Shown here in pieces: positions 9,615 to 19,267 of a stretch of DNA of 64,000 nucleotides (the first letter of the stretch is position 1; each line of letters opens with the position of its first letter). This DNA comes from an uncultured Parafilimonas sp. (lineage in GTDB: Bacteria; Bacteroidota; Bacteroidia; Chitinophagales; Chitinophagaceae). The notes beneath the pieces are model-generated. The model was given only the letters and a program-made list of their open reading frames with translations. It was not told the DNA's origin and searched no databases. Location: NCBI GenBank assembly GCA_964236165.1, contig CAXSDU010000001.1, positions 92,523-156,522 on the forward strand, read 5' to 3'. The position numbers were made by a program, and so were the translations under genes.

Positions 9615-11423
9615 TTATGCAGGCATTGTTGCCGCATATTTTCTTTCTCCTATTTGCTGCCGCCACATTGCATAATACAAGCCTTTATCGGCAAGCAGTT
9701 CATGATGGGTTCCGGTTTCAATAATTTTTCCCTTTTCCAAAACATAAATTCTATCGGCATGCATTATAGTACTTAAGCGATGCGCAATTAAAACAGTTAT
9801 CTGTTCACGCATTTCAGAAATGTGTTTTATGGTTGATGTAATTTCTTCTTCTGTAATTGAATCCAGTGATGATGTGGCTTCATCAAAAATTAATAAATGT
9901 GGGTGACGTAATAAAGAACGCGCAATACTTAAACGCTGCTTTTCACCACCGCTTAATTTTAAGCCACCTTCGCCAATTACAGTTTCTATTCCTTTTTCTG
10001 CTCTTTCCAATAAATTCTGACAACTTGCTTTATATAACGCATCAAATAATTCTTCTTCATTTGCATCAGGATTAACAAACAAAAGATTTTCTCTGATAGT
10101 GCCTGCAAACAATTGCGTGTCTTGCGTAACAAAACCAATTTGTGCTCTTAATTCTTCAAGCGAAATATCATTGCTGTCAATTTTATTATAGAATACATTT
10201 CCTGCTAACGGATGATATAATCCAACAAGCAGTTTTACCAACGTGCTTTTGCCAGAACCGGAAGGACCAACAAATGCAATAGTTTCTCCTTGCTCTACAC
10301 TAAAATTAATATTATCAAGCGCTTTAAATTGTACGGTTAAATGTTTAAATGAAACGTGCTGAAAGGAAAGTTCTCTAACTATACCAAGCGGACTGGGATG
10401 TTCTGGTTGAACTTCCGGAGCTTTTTTCATTACTTCATCAAAATTATTAAGTGATGCTTCCGCTTCACGATAAGACATTATAATGTTTCCAATTTCCTGC
10501 AACGGACCAAAAATAAAAAAGGAATAAAAGGTTAATGTCATTACTTGTCCCGGCGTTAATTTTCCCTGAAACACAAGCCATAAAAGTGTAAACATAATTA
10601 CCTGTCTTAAAAAGTTTACAAATGTGCCTTGTATAAAACTTAATGTTCTTATACTCTTTACTTTTCGTAATTCAAGCCCAAGTATTTTATATGTATTGCT
10701 ATTAAGGCGTTTTATTTCTTGTTCAGTTAAACCAAGACTTTTTACCAGTTCAATATTTCTTAATGATTCTGTTGTTGTACCTGCAAGAACATTTGTTTCT
10801 TTTACAATATTTTTTTGAATGATCTTAATTTTTTTACTTAAAAAACTTGTAAGTACTGATAATAAAATAATACCTACAACGTAAATAGGCATTATAGTCC
10901 AGTTAAGACTGAACGAATAAATACTAACGAAAATGATTCCTACTACTGTGCTAAAAAGCACATTTATAAAAGCAATAATAAATTTTTCAGTATCGAGGCG
11001 AACTTTAGTAAGAATAGAAAGTGTTTCACCACTACGCTGATCTTCAAAATCCTGGTAAGACATTTTCATTGAATGCATTAAACCATCCGTAAAAATTTTA
11101 GCGCCAAATTTTTGTACTACTACATTAGTAAAATAATCCTGGAAAGCTTTTGCAATTCTTGAAACCATTGCAACACTAATAAGTAATCCTAAATAATAAA
11201 GTACACCCTGAATATATTCCCTTGTTGTACGTAAAGTTGTTGCATGAAACGCTTTTTTAGAATCGAAGTATCCATTTTGATGCGGATGATTTAAAAATAT
11301 GTCGAACACTTTTCCAAAAAAATAGGGATCAAGCATAGAAAAACTTTGATTGATAGCTGCAAGCAATAAAGCCAGCGCTACTAACCATCTATAAGGTCTT
11401 AAATATTTTAGCAAAATTTTCAT
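9615..11423 (-). CDS. ABC exporter, fused permease/ATP-binding protein
   Basis: N-terminal TM domain, Walker A GPSGSGKST, signature LSGGEKQR, Walker B LLIFDE, H-loop IAHRLST. Confidence 0.93.
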   Translation of the reverse strand: MKILLKYLRPYRWLVALALLLAAINQSFSMLDPYFFGKVFDIFLNHPHQNGYFDSKKAFHATTLRTTREYIQGVLYYLGLLISVAMVSRIAKAFQDYFTNVVVQKFGAKIFTDGLMHSMKMSYQDFEDQRSGETLSILTKVRLDTEKFIIAFINVLFSTVVGIIFVSIYSFSLNWTIMPIYVVGIILLSVLTSFLSKKIKIIQKNIVKETNVLAGTTTESLRNIELVKSLGLTEQEIKRLNSNTYKILGLELRKVKSIRTLSFIQGTFVNFLRQVIMFTLLWLVFQGKLTPGQVMTLTFYSFFIFGPLQEIGNIIMSYREAEASLNNFDEVMKKAPEVQPEHPSPLGIVRELSFQHVSFKHLTVQFKALDNINFSVEQGETIAFVGPSGSGKSTLVKLLVGLYHPLAGNVFYNKIDSNDISLEELRAQIGFVTQDTQLFAGTIRENLLFVNPDANEEELFDALYKASCQNLLERAEKGIETVIGEGGLKLSGGEKQRLSIARSLLRHPHLLIFDEATSSLDSITEEEITSTIKHISEMREQITVLIAHRLSTIMHADRIYVLEKGKIIETGTHHELLADKGLYYAMWRQQIGERKYAATMPA

Positions 11424-11545
11424 GAGCGCAAATTAGTTGTTTCTTTTTTCGGTTTATATTCTATAGAAGGTAGTATTAACATAGTTATATAAAATTTGCA
11501 AAATAGGCTTTTAGCTAATGCTTTAGATTTGTTTAAAATTTTAAA

Positions 11546-12403
11546 ATGAGGTTTTTAAGAATATTTGTTTTTGCATGCCTTGTATTTGCTTATTGTTCAT
11601 GCAAAAAAAATTCTGATGCTATTGATTTTTCACCAAGTTTTTATATTTTAAACGGTGATACAACATCATTATCATTTAACAATACGCTCATTTTATTTTC
11701 ATCTGCTGATACTATAAGATATAATGTAATAGTATCTTCCACTTACCTTTTATCTGCAAATGGTCATATAACCGTTGCTGTTGATGATAATGCCCGAACA
11801 GTGTATAATTCAAATCATAGTACAAATTTTCAGGCCATGCCTTCAAATGCATATATTTTTCCTACTACAATTGCCGACACTACTTCGTCTGTTTATGATA
11901 CCATACCAGTTATTATTTATAAACATGCATTAGATGTAACCCAAAGCTATATGTTATCTATAAGTATTATTGATGCAGACGGTGTTGCTATTACTGCTGA
12001 TGCTTCAACAATTTACCTGCATACTGTAAATAATAAATTATCAGGAATTTATAATGCTATTGGTACAAAAATTATGTATGATGGAGATGCCGCAGACAGC
12101 ATTATAAATTCAATTGATACTTTTTCATTGACTAAAAATCTTATCCCAGTTAATTCATCTTCATCACAACTTGATTATGCAGATTTAGGCAGCAATGGCT
12201 GGAAGTATAATTTAGCATTAGTTGATGCAGGCGAAATTCTTATCACACCTAATGATGTTATTTTAAGTTCTGTGGAAAGCGGCTCCTTTAAAATTTTGAG
12301 TTCTTCGTATGATGCAGAAACTAAAGATATTTATATAAAAAGCAGCTATTACAATACATCGGGTAACGAACGTATTGTTGAAGAAACATTACAATTGCAA
12401 TAA
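11546..12403 (+). CDS. DUF1735-like surface lipoprotein
   Basis: Lipobox YCSC-KK; ITVAVDD..YN...AMPSNAY and SYMLSISI pattern typical of DUF1735/BT_3987-like domains. Confidence 0.55.
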   Translation: MRFLRIFVFACLVFAYCSCKKNSDAIDFSPSFYILNGDTTSLSFNNTLILFSSADTIRYNVIVSSTYLLSANGHITVAVDDNARTVYNSNHSTNFQAMPSNAYIFPTTIADTTSSVYDTIPVIIYKHALDVTQSYMLSISIIDADGVAITADASTIYLHTVNNKLSGIYNAIGTKIMYDGDAADSIINSIDTFSLTKNLIPVNSSSSQLDYADLGSNGWKYNLALVDAGEILITPNDVILSSVESGSFKILSSSYDAETKDIYIKSSYYNTSGNERIVEETLQLQ

Positions 12404-12419
12404 ATTTCTTTAGTTACTT

Positions 12420-13736
12420 TTAAGATTTACGCATCGACCATTTCAATAACTCTTTCCACGTTGGCTTTTTTCCATACATTAAAATACCAGTACGGTAAAC
12501 TTTTCCTGCAAACCATGTTGTACCAAGAAAACCAAGTACAAGAAAAGCCATGCTTGCAATTAGTTGCCATAACGGAACAATATCACCGATACCATGTGAA
12601 ATACGCGCCATCATTACTATAGGTGAAAAAAGCGGAAACAAACTGCCGAATACAGCCAACCCGCTTGTGGGTTCATTAACAGCTTTAGTCATAATTACTA
12701 TACCGCAAATGATAGGCATTGTTATCGGCAACATAAGACTTTGGGCATCCTGAGGATCTTCATTTACAGCGCAACCTACACAAGCAAACAAAGCTGAATA
12801 CAATAAATATCCGCCAATAAAATAAAAAATAAAACAACCAATAATAAGCGGAAAATTCACATTGCCAAGACTGTGTAAAAAGCCACTGTTCTGCATTGTA
12901 TCTGCAGCCTTCATACTACCGGGCTCCATACCAGACGAATGCATTTGTTGAACAAGATGTGGAAATATCACTGGCAATAAAAAATTCAATCCAATCATCA
13001 GTATTATCCAAATAATAAACTGTACCAAACCTACGGCACCAATACCAAGAATTTTTCCCATCATTAACTGAAATGGTTTTACACTGCTTATAATTACTTC
13101 TGCAATGCGGCTTACTTTTTCCTCCATCACACCACGCATAACCATAGTACCATAAATAAATAAAACAATATAAATAAGAAAGCCCGAAACATAACCTACG
13201 CCTGCACTTAAGCCTTGTTCATTATCAGAATTATTTTTACCTTTTATATTTGAGAATTGAATATCTGCAGAAGATTTTGCACTATCAAGCTGCGATTTAG
13301 AAATATTAAATGCGAGTAAACGTTGTTGCTCAAGTGCTGCATTTAATTTGTCTTCAATTTTTCCGCGCGACATTATTCCAACAGAATTTTCTGTAACAAC
13401 TGGTATTGTTACCTTATCTAAAATATTTGTGTTGGAAGGAATAATTGCATACCCATTATATTTACCTTTTTCAACTTCTGCTTTTAAAGTTTGCACTGTT
13501 TCATTCTTTACAAAACTAAAATTTACATTTTCGTCGCCTTCAATTTTTTGCTTGAAAATATTTGAATCATCGTTAACAGCGATATTGAATTTTTCATCGC
13601 TGTTAACGGAAAAATAAATTATCAATGCATAAAAACCAAAAAACAATAAAGGCAATAATATAGTAGTAAGTAAAAATGTTTTCTTTTGAACACGGGTTAA
13701 AAATTCCCGCTTTGCAACTAATGAAATCTTATTCAT
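12420..13736 (-). CDS. ABC-2 type transporter permease (NatB-like)
   Basis: KREFLTRV, VMRGVMEEKVSRIAEVIISSVKPFQLMMGKILG, multiple TM helices. Confidence 0.9.
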   Translation of the reverse strand: MNKISLVAKREFLTRVQKKTFLLTTILLPLLFFGFYALIIYFSVNSDEKFNIAVNDDSNIFKQKIEGDENVNFSFVKNETVQTLKAEVEKGKYNGYAIIPSNTNILDKVTIPVVTENSVGIMSRGKIEDKLNAALEQQRLLAFNISKSQLDSAKSSADIQFSNIKGKNNSDNEQGLSAGVGYVSGFLIYIVLFIYGTMVMRGVMEEKVSRIAEVIISSVKPFQLMMGKILGIGAVGLVQFIIWIILMIGLNFLLPVIFPHLVQQMHSSGMEPGSMKAADTMQNSGFLHSLGNVNFPLIIGCFIFYFIGGYLLYSALFACVGCAVNEDPQDAQSLMLPITMPIICGIVIMTKAVNEPTSGLAVFGSLFPLFSPIVMMARISHGIGDIVPLWQLIASMAFLVLGFLGTTWFAGKVYRTGILMYGKKPTWKELLKWSMRKS

Positions 13737-13747
13737 GTTACGTAAGA

Positions 13748-14677
13748 TTATATTTTTTGAAATGAGCGTGTGGTAGCTTTTGTGCCTTCAACTAATTGTA
13801 TAAATATGTCGTTTAAAGATGGCAGTATTTCATTAAAAGCTTCTACGTTTATATGCTGATCGATAAAATACTTTAAAACATCATTGCTTTTAAAACCTTC
13901 ATTAATTTTTGCGGTAAAACTGTTTGCTTTTTGATCAATAACTTCAAATGCATTGCTTGCTGTGCTTGAAGGAGCGCCACTTAACTGAATCCTGAACTTA
14001 TTTTCTTTAAACTCATTTTTTATATTCTGCACAGAGCCGTCTAAAATTTTTTTGCCCAGATTAACCAACACTATTTGATCACATATTTCTTCAACCTGTT
14101 CCATTCTGTGTGTACTAAAAATAATTGTGCTGCCGCGCTGTGCAAGTCCATAAATTTCGTCCTTTATTAAATTAGCATTTACAGGATCAAGACCGCTAAA
14201 AGGTTCATCTAAAATAATCAGTTTTGGTTCATGCAAAACAGTAGCTACAAATTGTAATTTCTGGCTCATGCCTTTACTAAGATCTTCAACTTTTTTATTC
14301 CACCAGCTTTGCATTTCAAGCTTTTCAAACCAAACTTTTATTTTTTGTTTTGCTTCGTTTATGCTTAATCCTTTTAGTTGTGCGAGGTATAAAATCTGAT
14401 CACCGATTTTCATTTTTTTATATAGTCCGCGCTCTTCCGGCATGTAACCTATCTTAACGATATCTGTTAACGGATCAAACTTTTTTCCATCAAGAATTAT
14501 TTCTCCTTCATCAGGGAAAAAAATACCTGTGATCATTCTAAGTAAAGTTGTTTTACCTGCACCATTAGGACCAAGCAAACCAAAAATACTTCCCTGTTCA
14601 ATTGAAAAACTAACATCATCAACAGCTTTTTGTGTTGCAAAATATTTTTTAAGATGATGCAGTTCAAGTATGTTCAT
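13748..14677 (-). CDS. ABC transporter ATP-binding protein (NatA-like, DUF4162 C-terminus)
   Basis: GPNGAGKTT, LSKGMSQK, ILDEPFSGLDP; start moved to ATG 14677 (MNILELHHL), TACATTTG promoter at 14694-14701. Confidence 0.92.
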   Translation of the reverse strand: MNILELHHLKKYFATQKAVDDVSFSIEQGSIFGLLGPNGAGKTTLLRMITGIFFPDEGEIILDGKKFDPLTDIVKIGYMPEERGLYKKMKIGDQILYLAQLKGLSINEAKQKIKVWFEKLEMQSWWNKKVEDLSKGMSQKLQFVATVLHEPKLIILDEPFSGLDPVNANLIKDEIYGLAQRGSTIIFSTHRMEQVEEICDQIVLVNLGKKILDGSVQNIKNEFKENKFRIQLSGAPSSTASNAFEVIDQKANSFTAKINEGFKSNDVLKYFIDQHINVEAFNEILPSLNDIFIQLVEGTKATTRSFQKI

Positions 14678-14747
14678 TTCAAAAAATTTGTAGCAAATGT
14701 AGGCTGAAATTTTTTGTACGATTATCTTAAACTCATGAACAAAAAAT

Positions 14748-16349
14748 TTATTTTTTAAGTTTTTGAATGATGGCTGCAACGACCTTTTCTCCATCCATTG
14801 CAGCGCTTACAATGCCGCCTGCATAACCAGCGCCTTCTCCGCATGGATATAAATTTTTTATTTGAGGGTGATGAAGACTGTCCGCGTTTCTTGGAATTCT
14901 TACCGGCGATGATGTGCGGCTTTCGGTTGCCACTACAATTGCTTCGTTGGTAAAATAACCTTTGCGTTTTTTTCCAAATGCTTCAAATGCTTTTTGTAAC
15001 GATGAATAAATAAAAAATGGTAAAACATTTTTTAAATCTGCACTGGAAACACCAGGCAAATAACTGCATTTTGGTAATGAGGCAGAGATTTTATTGTTAC
15101 AAAAATCCGTCATGCGTTGTGCCGGTGCAATAAAATTTCCGCCACCAGCAGTATATGCTTTTCTTTCTATTGTCTGTTGAAAATACATGTACAGTAATGG
15201 ATGCATTTTTAAATTTTCTGGATTTTGAATTTCTGAATTTTCCTTTTTAAAATAACTTAATACATCCTTTTCTTCAACCTGTACAACCACACCGCTATTG
15301 GCAAAAGGATTATTTCTTTTACTCGGACTCCATCCGTTTACAACCAGTTCATCATTACCAGTTGCTGCCGGCGCAATAATGCCACCAGGACACATGCAAA
15401 AACTAAATACACCTTTGTTTTTAATTTGCTCAACAAAACTATAAGAAGCTGGTGGCAGGTATTCGCTTCGCGGATTACAATGATATTGAATTGAGTCAAT
15501 CAAAGATTGAGGATGCTCAACACGTACACCAAGCGCAAAAGGTTTTTGTTCAATTTGAATTTTCTTCTCATGTAACAAGATAAAAATATCTCTTGCAGAA
15601 TGCCCGGTTGCAAGTATGTATGCATCAGCATTAAAGCAATTTCCATCTTTAGTTATAACAGCATTGATTTCACTTTTATCAATTTTAAAATCAGTAACTT
15701 TTTTATCGAAGAAAAATTCACCGCCGCAATCTTCAATTTGTTTTCGCATAGCAGTTATAATATCTGGTAATTTATTCGTTCCAATATGTGGATGAGATTC
15801 GTACAAAATTTTTTCATCTGCACCAAACTGAACAAATAAATTAAGAATGCGATTAAGCTTACCACGCTTATTACTACGCGTGTATAATTTGCCATCGCTA
15901 TAAGTGCCTGCACCGCCTTCACCAAAACAGTAATTGCTTTCTGTATTTATGATGCCTTGCTTATTTAAAATAGCAAGATCTCTTCTACGTGAACGCACAT
16001 CTTTACCTCTTTCTAAAATAATTGGCTTAATTCCATTTTCAATTAACATTAACGCAGCGAATAAACCTGCAGAACCTGCACCAATTATAATAACTGAATG
16101 TTTTGCTTTGCTTACATTTTTAAAAAAAACCTTTTCAATCTTTTTTTTCTCAAATGGTTCATCAGTAAATGCAGTTAGTGAAATGTTAACCCAGATTTGT
16201 TTAGCGCGTGCATCATAATTTTTTTTATGTATCAAAAAGCCGTTGACCGCTGCTTCAGGCACAGCAAGCACTTTAGCAATTTGTTCAATTATTAATGCTT
16301 CACTTGCTGTGTCAGAAGGTGATAGTTTTAAAACTATATTTTTTTGCAT
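14748..16349 (-). CDS. FAD/NAD(P)-dependent oxidoreductase (uncharacterised flavoprotein family)
   Basis: IIGAGSAGLFAA, ERGKDV, FGEGGAGTYSDGKL, SFCMCPGG, GEGAGYAGGIVSAAMDG. Confidence 0.88.
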   Translation of the reverse strand: MQKNIVLKLSPSDTASEALIIEQIAKVLAVPEAAVNGFLIHKKNYDARAKQIWVNISLTAFTDEPFEKKKIEKVFFKNVSKAKHSVIIIGAGSAGLFAALMLIENGIKPIILERGKDVRSRRRDLAILNKQGIINTESNYCFGEGGAGTYSDGKLYTRSNKRGKLNRILNLFVQFGADEKILYESHPHIGTNKLPDIITAMRKQIEDCGGEFFFDKKVTDFKIDKSEINAVITKDGNCFNADAYILATGHSARDIFILLHEKKIQIEQKPFALGVRVEHPQSLIDSIQYHCNPRSEYLPPASYSFVEQIKNKGVFSFCMCPGGIIAPAATGNDELVVNGWSPSKRNNPFANSGVVVQVEEKDVLSYFKKENSEIQNPENLKMHPLLYMYFQQTIERKAYTAGGGNFIAPAQRMTDFCNNKISASLPKCSYLPGVSSADLKNVLPFFIYSSLQKAFEAFGKKRKGYFTNEAIVVATESRTSSPVRIPRNADSLHHPQIKNLYPCGEGAGYAGGIVSAAMDGEKVVAAIIQKLKK

Positions 16350-16496
16350 TCGAAGCTCTATAAAAAAGGTATTTTAATAAGCAAAATCTTGTAACGATAG
16401 CTTAACAGTTATGCAGTAAACTTCTTGCGATATTTGCATTCTGTTATTTAATTAAATGGTTAACGAAATTAAGATTAACAGGTTTACAAAAATTTC

Positions 16497-16511
16497 TGGC
16501 ATTTGATTTGA
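16497..16511 (+). promoter_or_regulatory. Sigma54-like -24/-12 element TGGCATTTGATTTGA
   Basis: TGGCA at -24 with correct spacing to TTG; canonical -12 GC is GA here. Confidence 0.35.
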
Positions 16512-16521
16512 AATATAAGTT

Positions 16522-16602
16522 CTAAAATACGTAAGTAGTCAATTTTCTCATAAGCAGTTAGTTTTGGTTGCGGCCCCTGTTTCTACAGGGGCTTATTTTT
16601 TT
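16522..16602 (+). ncRNA. Candidate small RNA B (about 80 nt; 5' end estimated)
   Basis: + strand terminator between two - strand genes, preceded by TTTTCTCATAAGCAGTTAGTTTTGGTT and a sigma54-like promoter. Confidence 0.5.
16573..16602 (+). terminator. Intrinsic terminator oriented on + strand
   Basis: Perfect 8-bp stem GCCCCTGT-TTCT-ACAGGGGC then TTATTTTTTT; no U-tract in the - orientation. Confidence 0.8.
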
Positions 16603-16603
16603 A

Positions 16604-17002
16604 TTATACTTTTGCTTTACGTTTTTTTAAAAGCCGGATTTTTAAAAAATTACTTATATAATAACCAATTATTGCTCCCACGCTATCTGCAATCATATCA
16701 TAGTAATCAAAGTCTCTTTCAAAGGCAAAATATTTTTGTACATATTCCATTGCTACCCCATATAGGGCACAAATTATGGCGATAGAAATCATCAATTTTT
16801 TAGATGCAGTAAAATTTTTTATAAAAGGAAAACAAAACAAAAAAGTCATTCCCCCAAACAAACCTGCGTGTACCCATTTATCAAAATAGATCTCATCAAG
16901 AAAGCTAACCTGGGGAATATCAGGGCCTGGTAATACTAATAAAACAGTTGTAATTATAACCCATAAAATTGCAGGAATAAATAAGGTAATTTTAAGCTTC
17001 AC
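16604..17002 (-). CDS. VanZ family membrane protein
   Basis: FDKWVHAGLF, YGVAMEYVQ, RDFDYYDMIADSVG; GTG start, TACATTTG promoter at 17013-17020. Confidence 0.88.
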   Translation of the reverse strand: MKLKITLFIPAILWVIITTVLLVLPGPDIPQVSFLDEIYFDKWVHAGLFGGMTFLFCFPFIKNFTASKKLMISIAIICALYGVAMEYVQKYFAFERDFDYYDMIADSVGAIIGYYISNFLKIRLLKKRKAKV

Positions 17003-17020
17003 GTTTTAAGGTCAAATGTA

Positions 17021-17049
17021 AAATAAAAAGAGCCGCTAGAAAGCGGCTC
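17021..17049 (-). terminator. Intrinsic terminator after fasciclin gene
   Basis: Minus strand GAGCCGCT-TTCT-AGCGGCTC followed by a T-rich tract. Confidence 0.8.
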
Positions 17050-17078
17050 ACCATTGTTCACCTTTAAAACTTTATATT

Positions 17079-17642
17079 TTAACTCTTTGGCATTAACACA
17101 GTATCAATAACATGTATTACGCCATTAGATTGATAAACATCTTTAATTGTTACTTTAGCTTTATTGCCACTTTCATCCATAACCATTAGATTATTACCTT
17201 TCATACTAAACATTAATTTACCACCTTGTACTGTTGTTGCAGTATAAGTTCCGCCATTTTTCTTTATCCAATCCATTAATGTTTTACTATCAATTTTACC
17301 AGATACAACATGGTAAGTAAGTACTGCTGTAAGCTGATTTTTATTTTCAGGTTTTAATAAATTATCAACTGCACCTTTAGGTAATTTATTAAATGCTTCA
17401 TTAGTGGGTGCAAACACTGTAAATGGACCTGCGCCTTCTAATGTTTCAACTAAACCGGCAGCCTTTACTGCAGCTACTAACGTTGTGTGGTCTTTAGAAT
17501 TTACTGCGTTCTCAATAATATTTTTTGATGGATACATTGCTGCACCGCCAACCATTACTGTTTTATCCTGTGCGCTAACAATACATGTACTTATGCATAT
17601 TACCGCAATAAAAAGTGAAGTGAATTTGAATATCCTTTTCAT
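17079..17642 (-). CDS. Secreted fasciclin (FAS1) domain protein
   Basis: Signal peptide; TLVAAVKAAGLVETL.G.GPFTVFAPTNEAF, LTYHVV, SNGVIHVIDTVLMP. Confidence 0.95.
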   Translation of the reverse strand: MKRIFKFTSLFIAVICISTCIVSAQDKTVMVGGAAMYPSKNIIENAVNSKDHTTLVAAVKAAGLVETLEGAGPFTVFAPTNEAFNKLPKGAVDNLLKPENKNQLTAVLTYHVVSGKIDSKTLMDWIKKNGGTYTATTVQGGKLMFSMKGNNLMVMDESGNKAKVTIKDVYQSNGVIHVIDTVLMPKS

Positions 17643-17741
17643 GTTTTTTGTTTTTTGATTTAATTATTAATATGAATAGCTGTTTATTTATTGTTGGTAC
17701 CAACTTTTTATTAAGCTTATTTCATAAATTGTTTCAATCAT

Positions 17742-17767
17742 GTACGTTTTATAAACACTGATGGTTT
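17742..17767 (-). promoter_or_regulatory. Candidate ECF (SigK-like) promoter for the fasciclin gene
   Basis: Minus strand AAACCATCagtgtttataaaaCGTA; CCATC and CGTA boxes resemble SigK/ECF promoters. Confidence 0.4.
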
Positions 17768-17784
17768 TATTAATAAATTTTCGC

Positions 17785-17814
17785 AAAAAAAATCCCGCAA
17801 TTAATTGCAGGATT
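17785..17814 (-). terminator. Intrinsic terminator after anti-sigma (rskA-like) gene
   Basis: Minus strand AATCCTGCAA-TTAA-TTGCGGGATT followed by a T run. Confidence 0.75.
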
Positions 17815-17835
17815 TTAAAATGTTTTTAAAAATTT

Positions 17836-18705
17836 CTATGATACTTTGCCCATTACAGCCATAGCAGTTAATGTTGGAGTTTCGCTGCCACCTTGTTTTT
17901 CAAGCGTTATTGCAAATGCTTGTGCATCGGGTATAACTTTCATTTTACACAATCCGCTGCAAATATCAATTACACCTGCATTTACAGGCTTGCCATGTAC
18001 AATTGCCCAAAGCTGATATTGTTTTCCTGAGGGAGTTTCTTTTAAATTATTTTTGAAAAAATAAACTTCTTTCGTTTGAGTATTCCAATAAACTGTGGCG
18101 AGATATGTTTTGTTTAATACGCCTTTTAGTTTTACCTCTTTAACATTAGGATCACGCATTATTCTAAAACTTTGGTCAAGATTTGCAACCCTATTTTTAT
18201 ATTCTTCATTATGATTCTGTAAAGATTGCACGCTTTGATTTATTTCATCAAGCCGTGTTTTATATGATGCATTATTTGCCTGCAATGTATTTCTTTCAAT
18301 TAGCAGCGCTTCATATTTATCTGTTGAACTTTTAAAGGATGAATAGAAATAAAAATTAAGACTCGTACTTATAATAAGTAGCACAACTGCTGCTGCTGCA
18401 ATATATCTTGATGCATTTATATTACGAACAGGAGCAAGTTTAATATTATCTGATACTACGGGTTTTACATTCTCTGAAGAACCAGAAAACAATATATTAC
18501 TAATGTTTGATTTTATATGTGCCGGTGGTTGTATGATATCTTTGCTTATTTGATTCTCAAACAAAATTTCAACATTAAGAATTGCCTGTTTTATATCAGG
18601 ATGCGTTTTTGCTAAAGCTTCAACTTCTACAGATTCTTCTGTAGTTGTAATGCCAAGCACGTAGCTCTCAATTATGCCGCTTTCTATGTAATTCTTAATA
18701 TCCAT
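17836..18705 (-). CDS. Anti-sigma factor, RskA family
   Basis: YIESGIIESYVLG N-terminus, one TM helix, coiled coil, C-terminal QYQLWAI..KPVNAGV..AFAITLEKQGGSETPT. Confidence 0.9.
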   Translation of the reverse strand: MDIKNYIESGIIESYVLGITTTEESVEVEALAKTHPDIKQAILNVEILFENQISKDIIQPPAHIKSNISNILFSGSSENVKPVVSDNIKLAPVRNINASRYIAAAAVVLLIISTSLNFYFYSSFKSSTDKYEALLIERNTLQANNASYKTRLDEINQSVQSLQNHNEEYKNRVANLDQSFRIMRDPNVKEVKLKGVLNKTYLATVYWNTQTKEVYFFKNNLKETPSGKQYQLWAIVHGKPVNAGVIDICSGLCKMKVIPDAQAFAITLEKQGGSETPTLTAMAVMGKVS

Positions 18706-19247
18706 TATTTTTTTAAAAATGCTCTTAAATTAATAAGCGCGCTTCTTAATCTTGTTTTCACGGTACCCAAAGGCATATCTAATAGTTTCGAAATTTCGTC
18801 TTGTGTATATCCCTGAAAGTAAGCAAGGTCGACCAATACTTTTTGTTCTTCTTTTAAATGCGTAATCAATTTGCGCAGTCCAATTTTATCTACATCAGTA
18901 TTTACAGAGCCTGCTGCACTATATACGTTCTCTGTAAGCTCCTGGTTTTGTTTTTGTAAATGATAGCTTTTACTACGTAAAGTATCTATGCTGGCATTCC
19001 TGGAAATATTAATCATCCAGGTAAATAATCTTCCTTTATCAGAGTTATATTGTTCTATCTGCCGCCATATTTTTATAAATACTTCCTGCAAAACATCATT
19101 CGCCATTTCTTTATCCTGTAAAATAGAGACTATAGTTGTGTATAGCGCCGCAGAATAATTATCGTAGAGATAATTAAAAGAAGATTGTGTGCGTTGCTTA
19201 AGCAACACCACTAATTCAGCTTCATCATATCTCAATAACTCACTCAT
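18705..19247 (-). CDS. ECF RNA polymerase sigma factor (SigK-like)
   Basis: DVLQEVFIKIW, KGRLFTWMINISRN, YFQGYTQDEIS..PLGTVKTR; 1-nt overlap with the anti-sigma. Confidence 0.93.
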   Translation of the reverse strand: MSELLRYDEAELVVLLKQRTQSSFNYLYDNYSAALYTTIVSILQDKEMANDVLQEVFIKIWRQIEQYNSDKGRLFTWMINISRNASIDTLRSKSYHLQKQNQELTENVYSAAGSVNTDVDKIGLRKLITHLKEEQKVLVDLAYFQGYTQDEISKLLDMPLGTVKTRLRSALINLRAFLKK

Positions 19248-19267
19248 TTATATAAATATACTGCTAA

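Noticed and set aside
16564-16785. 73-aa + strand ORF beginning inside the hairpin
   Set aside because: Starts within the terminator, runs antisense to vanZ and has no plausible initiation context
17690-17741. 17-codon uORF (MIETIYEISLIKSWYQQ) in the fasciclin leader
   Set aside because: ATG lies immediately after the putative -10 box, probably upstream of the TSS; no informative codon pattern
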